Positions 13,286-24,779 of a stretch of 64,000 nt of DNA are shown here, piece by piece. Numbering within the stretch: position 1 is the first letter of the stretch; every line of letters begins with the position of its first letter. The translations under genes were made by a program, and so were the position numbers. The notes beneath the pieces are model-generated. The model was not told the DNA's origin and made no database searches. It saw only the letters and a program-made list of their open reading frames with translations. This stretch comes from Lama guanicoe (lineage: Eukaryota): contig MU054391.1 in assembly GCA_013239625.1 (NCBI GenBank), forward strand, positions 2,447,130 through 2,511,129. The letters are read 5' to 3'.

Positions 13286-15439
13286 ACATATGCTGCTTAG
13301 TCTTCAATTTTTCCACAAAATGAAAAGGAAAAATTGAATTCCCTTTCTAAAGTTATAGAAGGTGCATGCTGGGCTGAAGGCTTCCTGGGGAGGCCCACTC
13401 CTGGACGGCTTAGCGCACACACAGGGGGCCAGTGTGCACCTGCACATGCCGTGAATAGCCCACCACGCACCCACGTACATACATTGCTAAACCCAGGGCC
13501 CCCTGAGACGGAATCCACTTAAGGGAAGAGAGAAAAAGCTCAGGCATTTGGCTCAGAAATGCAGGGGACAGGGAGGGGTGGTTCTGAGGACAGAAAAGTG
13601 TGACTCACTGAGACACCTGCTCTAGACCCACGATCGATAACTCGGTTCTAAAGCGTGCGTGCGCGTGTGTGTGTAGGGGCTGCCATAAGAGCAAGTCCAA
13701 ATAAAGCTGTTGGCCCCCTTTCCTGTAAGTTGTCCAGAACAGGAGACCCAGGCGAGGAGGGGAGCAGCGGTAGGGGTGCGCGGAGGCGGGTAGTGGGGTG
13801 GAGGGAAGGGCTGGCAGCTCACACCCGCCCCGCCGAGGAACCTGGGAGGATGAGGAGAAGGCAGGTGGAGGCCAGCGGTTCCAGGGAGCCTGCCCCCTGA
13901 GGGGCCGGGGACCCCCAGCGCTGGTGCTGCTAGAGTGGACAGTCGGTGCCCCTGAAGAACAGGGGTAAAGCAAACAGCACAAACTGTAGAACTGTTTTCT
14001 ACTTCATTGTCCCAGTCTTGACTGATCTCGAAATGAGCTGAAAAACAGTGTGAGGATTCCTCTCTGAAGTCGCAATGAAAATAAATGTGTGTGGATGTGG
14101 ACTCAGACTAATGCAACTGGGTAAAGCTTTGGTTTTTTGAGGGTTTTTTTTTTTCCCACTGATTTTTAAAATGTTACTTCTTTGGTCAGAATAAAGTTTG
14201 ATGATAAAAATTTAGAGCTTACAATAAAAAGAAATAAGGGAACAGATATGCATCTATTTTATTATTTAAATGTATTATCTATGGACAAAAATGTTTCTTT
14301 TCAAAAAATGAGCTTCTTCTGGGGAGAAAACATGAAACTTCCTCGCAGCCACACTGAACCTGTAAATCCATCCACGTGTCCATCCTCTTCATGATCCAGA
14401 CAAATTCCACCTTTAATTAAAGGGGGCTTTGCAATGATCTGTGCCCTCCTGATCAGGGAGCTCTTAAATCTTACTTCATATTTCGTGCTGCCCAGTGAAG
14501 TCTGTGCCTGAGTGCAGCACAGAAGTTTTGTTGTCAGAGCCTCTTAGATTTTTCTAATAACCCTTTGAACATGAGTTAATTTTCTCTCATAATCTACTAA
14601 ATCCTCAGACTTTAAGGAATGACTTTCATTTCTCAAAGCCTCCTCTTTTCTTTGACTATCTTGTTACAATTATACGCTACAAAGAAACTAGAGGTTTGAC
14701 GTTCTTCTCTTACAAAGAAAAAAGAAGAAAAAGGCAAGCAGTTATAGAAACACATAGATAAGACCTTTATATTGTCTGTAGCAGTTCACACAGATCCTTT
14801 AAAATCAGAGATTGAGGGGGAAAGCTGGTTGTTTTTATTAATACATTTCCTTTCTTAAAGCTCTCAGACAATTTAGAAAGCAGTTGTGAAGGGAGCATAT
14901 TTTGGAAGAACTCAAACTGATCTACAGTATTTAGTGTTTCTAAAAGCACATTCTAGTGAGATTTCAGTGTCATTCTTGATTCGCATTTCCTTCTAAGCAT
15001 TTCTTTGCAGTACAATATGGCTCGCAAGTGAGTGTACAAATACAGGAACCCTGCTTGCTTAGCAGTCAGGCTTCCCGGCAACTTTACTGCTAGGAAACTA
15101 AAAAGTGACATCAAAATACATTTTTTTTAAAAAGAAAACAAAAAAACGAACACATACCCCTGATTACCAAATAGGCTTTACCTTACAATTCTCATCACAC
15201 TCACTGTTTTGATGAAACGACACAGAGACCACGGAAGGAAAGGACACCAAAGAGACGTGGGAAGGATGCGGGGAAGCTCGTCAGAGCCCGAGGCTTCCCG
15301 GTGGACCGCCCTGCACCGCGGGGCCTGCAGGTGCAACGCCGCTCTGTGGAACAGCCCGCCGAGAGCCCGGGGGCGAGAGGGGTAATTCCACTGAGGGAAG
15401 GCGATTGCTTCAGAAGGACATTGGAATTTACAGTGAGAA

Positions 15440-15640
15440 AGACGTAGCTTTGAATACCAAGTAGCTCGCTCCCGGTTTTATGACCTAAACCTTGTTACTC
15501 AAATTCTCCAAGTCTCACTTCGCTCAGCAGTCAGACGTGAATGAGAGCGCTCGGCTTACGCAGTCTCAGAGATTTTCTCACATAATAAACAGGTGTGAAG
15601 TGACTGCCGTGGAGCAGGTACTCGATCTACAGTAACATTC
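15440..15640 (+). mobile_element. MIR SINE (diverged)
   Basis: tttgaatacc...tgacctaaaccttgttactcaaattctccaagtctcacttcgctcagcag matches MIR order. Confidence 0.55.
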
Positions 15641-16829
15641 GCGTTTTACTGGCTTTAATATTATTATGCTCCATGTTATCTCCCTAAGAGCTCCAGGAGG
15701 GTGAACTGCAGATTTCCTCATAGACATTTAAAACGAAATGCTCCTACTTGAAATATTAAGGTTCAATCATCTGAAAAACTCACTTATGTGATAAACAACA
15801 TCCTCCAGGGCTTTTGAATAAATCAGGTGCGAATAATTTATAGAACGTGCTCTGCGAGTGCCGCATGGCCTGTGACGTGTGCGTATGTGTCTGCGTAAGC
15901 ATGGCATTCCATTCAGATGTGTTCCTATTAATTCAATAAGCATTATGTGTTTAAAATATTCTCAAATAGACATGACTTTTCCCCAATACGTAAGTTATTT
16001 TGTAAAATGGTTAGAAAAGATAAAGTTACAATTGGAGCATATATACGTATGCATGTGCACATACGTGTGTGTATAGCATACACACATACACACACATATC
16101 CCTGGTGTTTAACAAACATTTATCCTCTACCTTATCATACAAATCCGTAATGTTGTCTCACCAAATACTTTACATTATATTTCCAAAGTTATGTAAAGCA
16201 TTAGATTCTAGTGAATGAGGATGGTAAAATCAAAGAATGTAAGAAGAAAAGTCTTCGCATGGCTAACAGCCTTATTAGCTTCTTTGAGCAGATGTCGGTG
16301 GTAACCGGGAGTGCAGGACAGTGGTTTTCCCTCTATGAGGATGTGTGTGCACGTGGATGTAGACATAAGTCATGGCACACACACACGCACACCAACTCCA
16401 AACAAGGTCGTGCAAGCAAATCAAACTGCATCACATACGGAGCTTCGTGGCTGCAGCTCCAGCTCTGGGTCCCGGGTCCTGGGACGGGGGTGGGGGGCGA
16501 GGAGTGGGGGCTTCTACTGTCATTCGCTCGACGGCGGCCCTCGGGGGCCCTTTCTGTTTGCTTTTAGCCACGGACTGTGCAGAGAAGACAAGTGTGCACC
16601 TCTGCTGTGCTGGGACACCGAGATCAGGCAGCAGGTGCGAGAGGGAAAAATCAACAGTCTTTCATTGCGTGAACGGAATCTGCGGCTTCCATGCTTTCTC
16701 CTAAGTTCCAAGATCTGAGTTTGTGTGTGTGTGTGTTTAATAATAATAATAATACACACAGGTAAGCTGGGACCAAGAAACGAAGGCCCAGAGTCAGGCT
16801 GAGGCTTGTCCCATGCTTCACAGACGCTG

Positions 16830-17430
16830 CAGGTGGAGTCGGGCCCGGATCACGGAATCCCGAACCGTTTCTAAATGTTCTGACTGGTCACTGGAAAATA
16901 GTGAGAGAAATCCTTCTTGGTCTGCACGGTCCCGCCGCTCACTTTGCGGACTTTCCTCCACGGGCCGCGGGCCGGGCATCCGCTGCTCTGATGGCTCCGG
17001 CGGTTCCGGGCCCTCCCCCAGGTCTAGTAACTGGAACGGGCACCGGCAGCCGCGTCCGGAGAAGGCCCAGGCCGAGAAGCACCACCCTGAATGCGTGGTG
17101 GTTGTTTGTTAAGCAGGCAGATGAGCCGCCTGATTGCAGGGCCGGTGGTGGTTAAGGGTGCAGAGCGGAGAGGGGCAGCCCCGGGGCCTCGCCGCGCCCC
17201 CCAGCGTGGTCCCCACCGAGTCAGCTCCTTTCCAGAAAAGAGCAGGAGATTCTTGCAGGAAAGTGGACCTCAGAACTGTAGAAATGACCGGCGTGTCCGG
17301 CGATGCGCTGAAGCTGATGGAGTCTCAGCTCAAGCGCGGGTGACCCAGCCCTTCGGCCGCGAGGCCTTGGTGGAGACAGGAGGTTAGCAACGCCGCTCAG
17401 TCAGCCCCAAGTCCTTCCACGCCGGAGGCG
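16830..17430. promoter_or_regulatory. CpG-island-like segment
   Basis: About 600 bp of high GC with dense CpG (ccacgggccgcgggccggg, cctcgccgcgccccc, ggccgcgagg); no recognisable repeat or protein. Confidence 0.6.
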
Positions 17431-17921
17431 AAAAGTTACTTCAAAAATCAACGCCAAAAATACACTTGCCTTTAAAAAGCTCTTGGTCAAAATGAGCTAT
17501 TGTTTTATCTTGTGTCAGCGTGGACTTTAGAATGTTCAGGACGCGTAAGCCTGACGTGCACCATCGTTCCTCGGAGGCCTGGGCACCTCGGGGTGCTCTG
17601 TCTCTGCCCAGCACTTTCCTAAATACTTGCCTGAAGGCCTCTCTGAGGGTCAGTGCATCGCCAGGGGTCCCCGGGGAGGGGCCGACCTCCCCAGCAGGAC
17701 CCGAGGCCAGCTTCAGCCTTCCCTCACGAAGGCAAAGTTTCTTTCCTTAAATTATTCCTGGATGTACTGATGGGGGCTGGAGGCTACCAGGCTTCTGTCC
17801 CCCTGTTCTGTGTGACCGTGTATCACTGAGCGCATGCAGTTTGCACAGTTCTTTCACTGTCTTTGACTTTAAAAACACACATAATTTCACTTGATAAAAG
17901 TTGACCAATTGCCCAATCTTT

Positions 17922-18169
17922 TTCTATTGATTTTATTGAAGTATAGTTGATTTATAGTGTTGTGTTAGATTCAAGTGTGCAGCAAAGTGACCAAGTCATA
18001 TATATATGTGTGTGTATATATGTATGTTTTCTTTTTCAGGTTCTTTCCCACTATATGTTATTGCAAGACATTGAATGTAGTTTCCTGTGCTGTACAGTAG
18101 GACCCTGTTGTTATCTGTCTTATCTGTGTGTATCTGTTAATCCCAAACTCATCATTTATCCCTCCCCAT
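17922..18169 (-). mobile_element. 5'-truncated artiodactyl/camelid LINE-1 3' UTR with target-site duplication
   Basis: ttttattgaagtatagttgatttatagtgttgtgttag...gtttcctgtgctgtacagtaggacc. TSD caattgcccaatcttt (17906-17921) vs caattgcacattcttt (18170-18185), 14/16 identical. Confidence 0.9.
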
Positions 18170-18237
18170 CAATTGCACATTCTTTTGAATGAGACATTAT
18201 CTCAAGAAAGGAGATGTGTGTGGATGTGAGCACATAC

Positions 18238-18281
18238 ACACATGTGTGTATGTAATATACATATTACATACACACATGTGT
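18238..18281. repeat. Perfect 21-bp inverted repeat with 2-nt spacer
   Basis: acacatgtgtgtatgtaatat-ac-atattacatacacacatgtgt; pairing checked base by base. Confidence 0.9.
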
Positions 18282-19581
18282 ATGATTTAGGCAAATCAGT
18301 CTTGAAGACTGTAATTCTCCTGTGTAAAATCATTCATTTAGTTATTTATCCAATAAATAGATAATGAACAATAATTGTAGGCAATACCTTAAGTGAAAGA
18401 GATGAGAAAGTGTACCTGTGAACTGTGATTTCAGAACATAACAGTATAATGAAGATATTCATCCCATTAATAACGTATCTTCACAAACCCACGTACTCCT
18501 CTCTGCGTGTGCATTACGTGTTGTCACCTACCTGTGACGTTCGGCAGGGGCTCAGCAGCAAGCAGAGCGTGCCAGGCATTTCCGTGGCTGCCCTCCTCCG
18601 TCCCGCCCGTCCCGGTGTGCCCCACCCGCCCCTCCAGCCCAGACATCTGTCACGTGCGCTTCCAGACCCGTCTGCCGAGCCCTAAAGGACGCCCGAACCT
18701 CTAACAAGATCAAACCCAGGGCGACCAGACCACAACCTAATGATTCTGAAGGTTTTATTGCATTGGCTGCTGCCCTGTCCCAGTAACTAAATTTGCCTGT
18801 TGGTAATTTTCTATTCTTTCTGCTTGGAGTGGTTCCTCTCCTAAATTCTGTAGCCATCGGCCCCGCCTGTAACCGCTGCCCGTCCAAACTGGTCTCACTC
18901 TCCTTCCTCCTCTGCCTCTTGCCTTTCCACGGGGGGCCTCTCCTTTCTATCCACCCAGGCTCCCGCACAGCAACCCGGAATTCCTCTTCCCTCGCCGTGT
19001 CTGCTCGTCCACCAGGCGCGGGGCGAGCCCCAGCGCCCCTCTGCTTCTTCCCGTCACCCCACCACAGGCCAGGTGTAGACTGTCGCCATCACTGGCCTTC
19101 ACCTTTTCATTGCATCCTGTTTGCTTTCGATGTCTCCTCTTCTCCTTTGAAATCTCTCGTGTGTACTACTCCTGGAAAGGCTTTCCAGAACACACACCTT
19201 TTCATGGCTACTCCCCGCTCAACATCTTGCAGGTCTGTCCCCTGGCGCAGGAAGCCGTGTGCACAGACTTTGCCTCGGGCAGCAGAACCGTGTACAGCGT
19301 GGCTGTGTCCTGACGGCTGCCTGTTTCCCTGTGTGACCTCATATTTTTAAGCTTATTAAGGGTGAGGTTTGTTTAACTGATCTTTGAAGTCCCAGCACAT
19401 GGCATGATGCCTGGCTTAATAGCGTCTGCTTCAAATGAGGAAATGAATGATTAAAGAGAGGAGTGAAACACATTCCTTTACGAAATGTGTCCCTTGCGAC
19501 CAGCAGTGAGGATTTAAAGACTATTAAGAGATGAAACTTAGCCATAAGGTATGATGCCCAATGCTGAAGCTTACAGCCACG

Positions 19582-19781
19582 CAGGCTTTCTCAGCTTCGT
19601 CACTCCCGACGTTGTGGGCGGGGCCACTCTCCTCTGTGGGGGGCTGTCCTGCGCGCTGAGGGCTGCTGGCAGCATCCCTGGCCTCTGTCCACAAGCTGCC
19701 GGCACCATCGCCCTACTGGTGACAGCCAGATGTCGCCAGGGTCCCCTGAGGCAGAAGAACATCCCCAGCTGACAACCACTG
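19582..19781 (-). mobile_element. MER20 hAT DNA transposon
   Basis: caggctttctcagc...gggggctgtcctg...gcagcatccctggcctct...gtcccctg...tgacaaccactg is the reverse of the MER20 consensus, with both termini present. Confidence 0.85.
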
Positions 19782-19834
19782 CAGTGAAAGTGCCAGTTAC
19801 CTGTTCATCTCAATACCATTTACTAAATGACAAA

Positions 19835-20095
19835 ATAATAATAACAACAGCAGCAGCACCATCACACACTGAAGCTGGAGGGAAAGGCAGGCGCCGCACT
19901 GAGACTTTTACATCATTTTTTCCGTGTAGGATTCCTAACAGCTCCGGAGTGTGGCTTTTATCATCATCCCTGTTTTACAGACAAAAATGCAGGATTGCAG
20001 TGAAGCTCAGTAAAGATTACAGATCTCGTAGGACATGGAGTGACTCTGGCCTCAGACAATATGCCTCCAGCCTCTGGCTGTGCTCTTAGCCACGA
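19835..20095 (-). mobile_element. MIR SINE
   Basis: ataataacaacagc...cctaacagctccggag...atcatccctgttttacagac...tgtgctcttagccac. Confidence 0.6.
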
Positions 20096-21213
20096 AACTT
20101 AGTCCCGACAATGTTTTTATTTGTGAAGTAACAGAATTGCACAGCAGAATCCAGTTCATTTAAAATGTAACGTAATATTTATCCCTAAGACTAAAAATCA
20201 ATTTTAAAGTGAGAAAACTGGCTGAAGCTAGATGTTTGGGTTCTGAAGGCTGACCACCTGCTTCAGGCGATGGTTAGACGTGAATGCTAAGGGTTAGTGC
20301 ATAACACCGGGACTAGAGACCAGGTTCTCCTCTTTACTGAGGTTTTACTAACATTCGCTGCCAGCAGGGACAACGGACGTGAGAGAGCAGAGCTAGGAAT
20401 CTCCGGAGTCCTGGATACTCATCTCAAAGTGCTCCTGCTCGTCTGCTTCGCTGCATCTATTTTTATTATACATCGATAGTGTTCGCGACTGAATGGTAAT
20501 AGTTCCATTAGCAGAAGAAAATGTGAGGCCATTAATATGTTTTCCTCAAAGATTTTATAAATGCAGCTGCCAGAACGTGTGCTTATGATAATTACATGGG
20601 TAGAAATCTAATTTAGAGACAAAACAATAGGATAATTATCCAAGTTCCTCTTCAAAAGCTCAACAAACACTTCATCAACGGACCTGTGAGCATTCATCAC
20701 TCAAGTATCTTAATTCTTGTGAGGATAATAGACCTTTTGATTCATTTTGGAGATTTTAACAAATAAATAGTTTAAAAGTTCTCCATATGCATGAAATACG
20801 ATGAGGTTGTAATCTTAATATCTTCTAAATGTGAGAAATTTCATTAAAATGCAATCTGCATTCACAATTTTATACAAAGTGGAAAAACATCAGTAAGAAC
20901 TGACCACTGAGTCAGCCTGTTGCTGTCTGGATGTGTAGATCCTGTGGTTACACGCAAGCGCCGTCTAAAACTACAGTGTGAACTTGAACCTCACTCTACT
21001 GTTTTTAGCGACGGTTTTGCATCTGTATTTAGAAGTGCGTTCCCTTTCTAAAACTTAAATTTGAAACAAACTAGTTTATGTCAAGCCCTTCTAAGCTCAG
21101 TGCCTCCTGACATGTGGAACCCCAAATGATTTCTCTCTTTCTAGTTCCTGTTACCAACTTCTGTCCTATTTCTTTACCCCACCCTTTTTTAATCTTACCA
21201 AAAACAAACAACA

Positions 21214-21218
21214 CATCG

Positions 21219-21252
<34 letters not shown>
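21214..21252. repeat. (CAT)n trinucleotide microsatellite, about 13 units
   Basis: Read directly: catcgtcatcatcat...cat. Confidence 0.95.
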
Positions 21253-21499
21253 AATGGATTTCAGCTGAAAAATTGCAAGACACAGACTCTCTCCAAGGAG
21301 CAGCTTAGGGAAGGCAACTTCAGTAGGGGCCCTAGAGGAGTTTGAAGCCAGGGCAGCTGCAGATCCAGCAAATACGAAACACAGACGGCTTCAAGCCAGA
21401 TTAACAGCATCTCACACTGAAGGCCTATTTACTTCAGTTTCTGTTACCTGATGTATCACGTCTGCCTTCGAACAGCAATAACAAAAAATACAAGTTGCG

Positions 21500-24070
21500 A
21501 TAAAATGCCAGGAAAAATAGTCTGAAGAGACAAAGTAAACGTCAGAATTTGGCTCATAGTTTAGAACTACTGCACAGGGGATTTAAAATAACTATCATCA
21601 GTATTCTAAGGGCTTCAACATTAAAAAAAATGAACAACTGTACAAGAAAAGATGGGAAATGTAAGCAGAGAGAGAGAAATTCTGTGAAAGAATCAAAAGG
21701 AAATGCTTGAAATGAAAAATATGGGAGTGGCAATGAAGAATGCCTTTTTTTTTAATTGAAATATAGCACGAGAATGCCTTTAATGAGTCCATCAGTAGAC
21801 TGGACAAGTCTAAGGGAAAAAAAATATATATCAATGCGCTTGGAGTGCAGTCAGTAGAGGAATCCTGAACTGAAATGCACAGAAAAATGTCTTTAAAAGT
21901 GGACAGTCCCCCTTATTTCCCCTCCTCATTCCACTGAGCATTTATGCAGTTCAATTCTATTTATTCTCTTAACAACAGAAGCAGGGAGAATACTTCCTAA
22001 CTCAGTCTACAAGGACAGCATCTTCTTAATTCCAAAACCAGGTAATGAGATTACAAAGAAGGAAAACTACAAACCAACATAATGCCATGAAGTTTGATGT
22101 AAAAATTTTCAACAAAATATTGACTAACCAAATCTAACAATGTATCAAAAAGAATTACACACCACAACCAAGTGGAAATCATACCAAGTATGCAACATTA
22201 ATTCAGCTTTTCAAAGCCACTTTGTATAACCCGTCATACCAACAGGCTAAGAAGAAACATCGTAATCATGTGAACTGATGCAGGTATGCAGAAAAGGCTT
22301 TTCATAAAATGCAGTATCTATTCATGCTAAAAATTTGTATTCACCAGAATAGGAATAAAATTACCTTACTCAACTTGTTCAGAAGTATCCACAAAAAGCC
22401 TGCAGCTCACATCATACTTGCTGATGAGCAGCTGGATACCTTACCCCTAAGATCTGGAGCGAGGTACAGATGCCCACATCCCCTCTCATCACTTCTATCC
22501 GACGTTGCACTAGAAGTCCTAGCTGTTACACTGAAGCAAGATAAGAAAATAAAAGGCATACAGACTGAGAAAGAAGCAATGAAACCGGCATATTCACAGT
22601 TACGGATGTTGATGTAGAAATCTCAAAGGATCAACAGAGAAACTGCTAGAACGAACAAGCTCGCGCAGCAAGCGTGCAGGAAACAAGATTAATGTAGAAA
22701 AAAGTTGCTTTTGATACAGGAAAAATGAACAATTGGAATTTGAAAATAAAAATACAAATACCATTTGCAATAGCACAAAATAAGTGGACTATTTTGGTGA
22801 AAAGCTAACAAAACATATACAGGATGTAAGTGTAGAAAAATAAAAAGAATCAAAGATTTAAATAAGTAGAGACACAGTCCACGTGCATGAATAGGATGAT
22901 TCAATATTGCTGAGAGACTAGTTTTTGCCAATTTGATCTGTAGATGAATTCTCAATCAAAATCTCAGCGAGCTTCTTTGTACATTTTTATATACTGATTC
23001 TAAAGCTTCTATTGAAAGACAAAAGTTTCAGAGTACCCAACACAACGCTGAAGAGGAACAGATCTGGAAGACTGACACAGACTGACTCCAAGTATTACTT
23101 TAATCAACACAGCATGATGCTGGTTTACAAAAAACGGACACATGGATTCAACTGAACAGAACAGAGGGCCAGAAACAGAGGCGCACAGAACTGATGACTG
23201 ATACTTGACAAGGTGGCAATGGCGATTCAGTGCAGAAAGGATCATCTTTTCAACGAACGGTGCTGGAACAATCGAGTGTCTGTGTCAAACCTCCTCCTCC
23301 CCTCGTCATCCAGACACACACCCGATACCTTTCACAACATCGTTTCAGACTTGATCGTAGACCTAAATGAAAAACACACAACTATAAAGCACCTAGGAGA
23401 AAATGTAGGAGAAAAACATATTACCTTGTGATGGTGATGAAAACCACAGTGTGACGGATGAAGGAAACATTGGTGAGTCATTTTAATTCCTGGTCTAGGA
23501 AAGATACTGTGCAGGGAATCAAATGACCAGACCCAGACTGGGAGAAAAATCTCTGCAAAGCACGTGTCTGATAAAGGACTGGTATCTGACGTGTGCAAAG
23601 AACGCTTAATACAAAGAATAATCAGATAACCTAATTTAAAAATGTGCGGAAGGGAAGAACCAGCACATCACTGAAGAAGACACACAGATGGCGGACAGAC
23701 ACCTGCAGGGACGCTCAGCACCATTTGACGTTATGGAGCTAAAAGTGAGAGCGAGAGTGAGACACCACTACACACGGACAAGAACGGCTAATTTAAAAAA
23801 AAAGTAACAATGACAATTGCCGGTGAGTGTTTGGAGTGACAGAGACCCTCACCGATTGCTGCAGTGGAATGTAAAACGGTGCCCCACTTTGAAGGAGCAC
23901 GCAAGCTTCTTACAGGCTAAATACAGCCTTATCCTCTGACCCAGCAAGAGTGCTCCTGGGTATTGACCCAAAACGATCTGAAAATGTCACCCCACATAAA
24001 ACCTGCATCCGTAATTACTCATAATTTAAAAAAGTACTGGAAGCAGCCAGGACTTTTCAATAAGGGAATT
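21500..24070 (+). mobile_element. Old, internally deleted LINE-1 (L1M-type) with ORF1 and ORF2 remnants
   Basis: From ~21975 the sequence follows L1 ORF2 RT (cttcctaactcagtctacaag...ccaaaacca...gaaaactacaaacca = LPNSFYEA..IPKP..KENYRP). ORF 22309..22617 has LDTLPLRSG...VALEVLA...KIKGIQ; ORF 23213 has KDHLFNERCWNN. An ORF1-like A-rich block lies at 21580-21880. Many stops and frameshifts. Confidence 0.9.
21748..21770 (-). mobile_element. 23-bp LINE-1 3'-tip micro-insertion with perfect TSD
   Basis: agaatgccttt (21737-21747) and agaatgccttt (21771-21781) flank ttttttaattgaaatatagcacg, which resembles the L1 terminus ttttattgaagtatag at 17931. Confidence 0.75.
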
Positions 24071-24323
24071 TATAAACCTTTCCCTATGTTTGTCGGGAAG
24101 AAAGTTGAACTCTGTAATAAGTACCTGTGCATGAAAAATTGAATGAGACATTCGTCACTAATCTATGTTGCATCCCCAAACCCCAAAATATCACAGATTT
24201 TTATCTTGATTCTGTATGATTGTCCTTGTACAGTGTGGTAGCAAAGAGACAGAGTCTGCGTGGGCTGCTTCTGGACAAGTCAAAGAGTCGGGGGCTAGTC
24301 GGTGAGCCAGAAACCAGGAAGCC

Positions 24324-24779
24324 TCAGCCGTTTAAAAAACAGAATAAAATCATGGCATTTGTAGCCACATGGGTGGACCTGGAGATCGTCATACAAGTGA
24401 AGTAAGTCAGACAGAGAAAGAAAAACGTCATACGATGTCACTTATCTGTGGACTCTAAGAAAATGACACGAGTGTACTTATTTACAAGACAGAAACAGAC
24501 TCACAGACACAGAAAGCTAACTTATTGTTACCAGGGGAACGGGGGTGCGGAGGGATACACTAGGAGTTTGGAATTTGCAGATGCTAACTACACATAAAAT
24601 AGAGAAACAGCAAGGGCCTACTGTGCAGCACAGAGAACTATACTCAATATCTTGTAATAGTCTATGATGGAAAAGAATATGAAAAGGAATATATGTGTGT
24701 GTATGTGTAACCGAGTCACTCCGCTGGACACCAGAAATTAACACAATGTTGGAAACTGACTACACTTCAATTTAAAAAA
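24324..24779 (+). mobile_element. 5'-truncated artiodactyl/camelid LINE-1 3' end
   Basis: ORF2 tail (NKIMAFVATWVDLEIVI in ORF 24220), then a full 3' UTR ending actacacttcaatttaaaaaa. Degraded TSD agaaaccaggaagcc (24309-24323) vs agaaaccgagacacc (24780-24794). Confidence 0.9.

Noticed and set aside
21071..21283. Poly-aspartate ORF
   Set aside because: Translation of a (CAT)n microsatellite.
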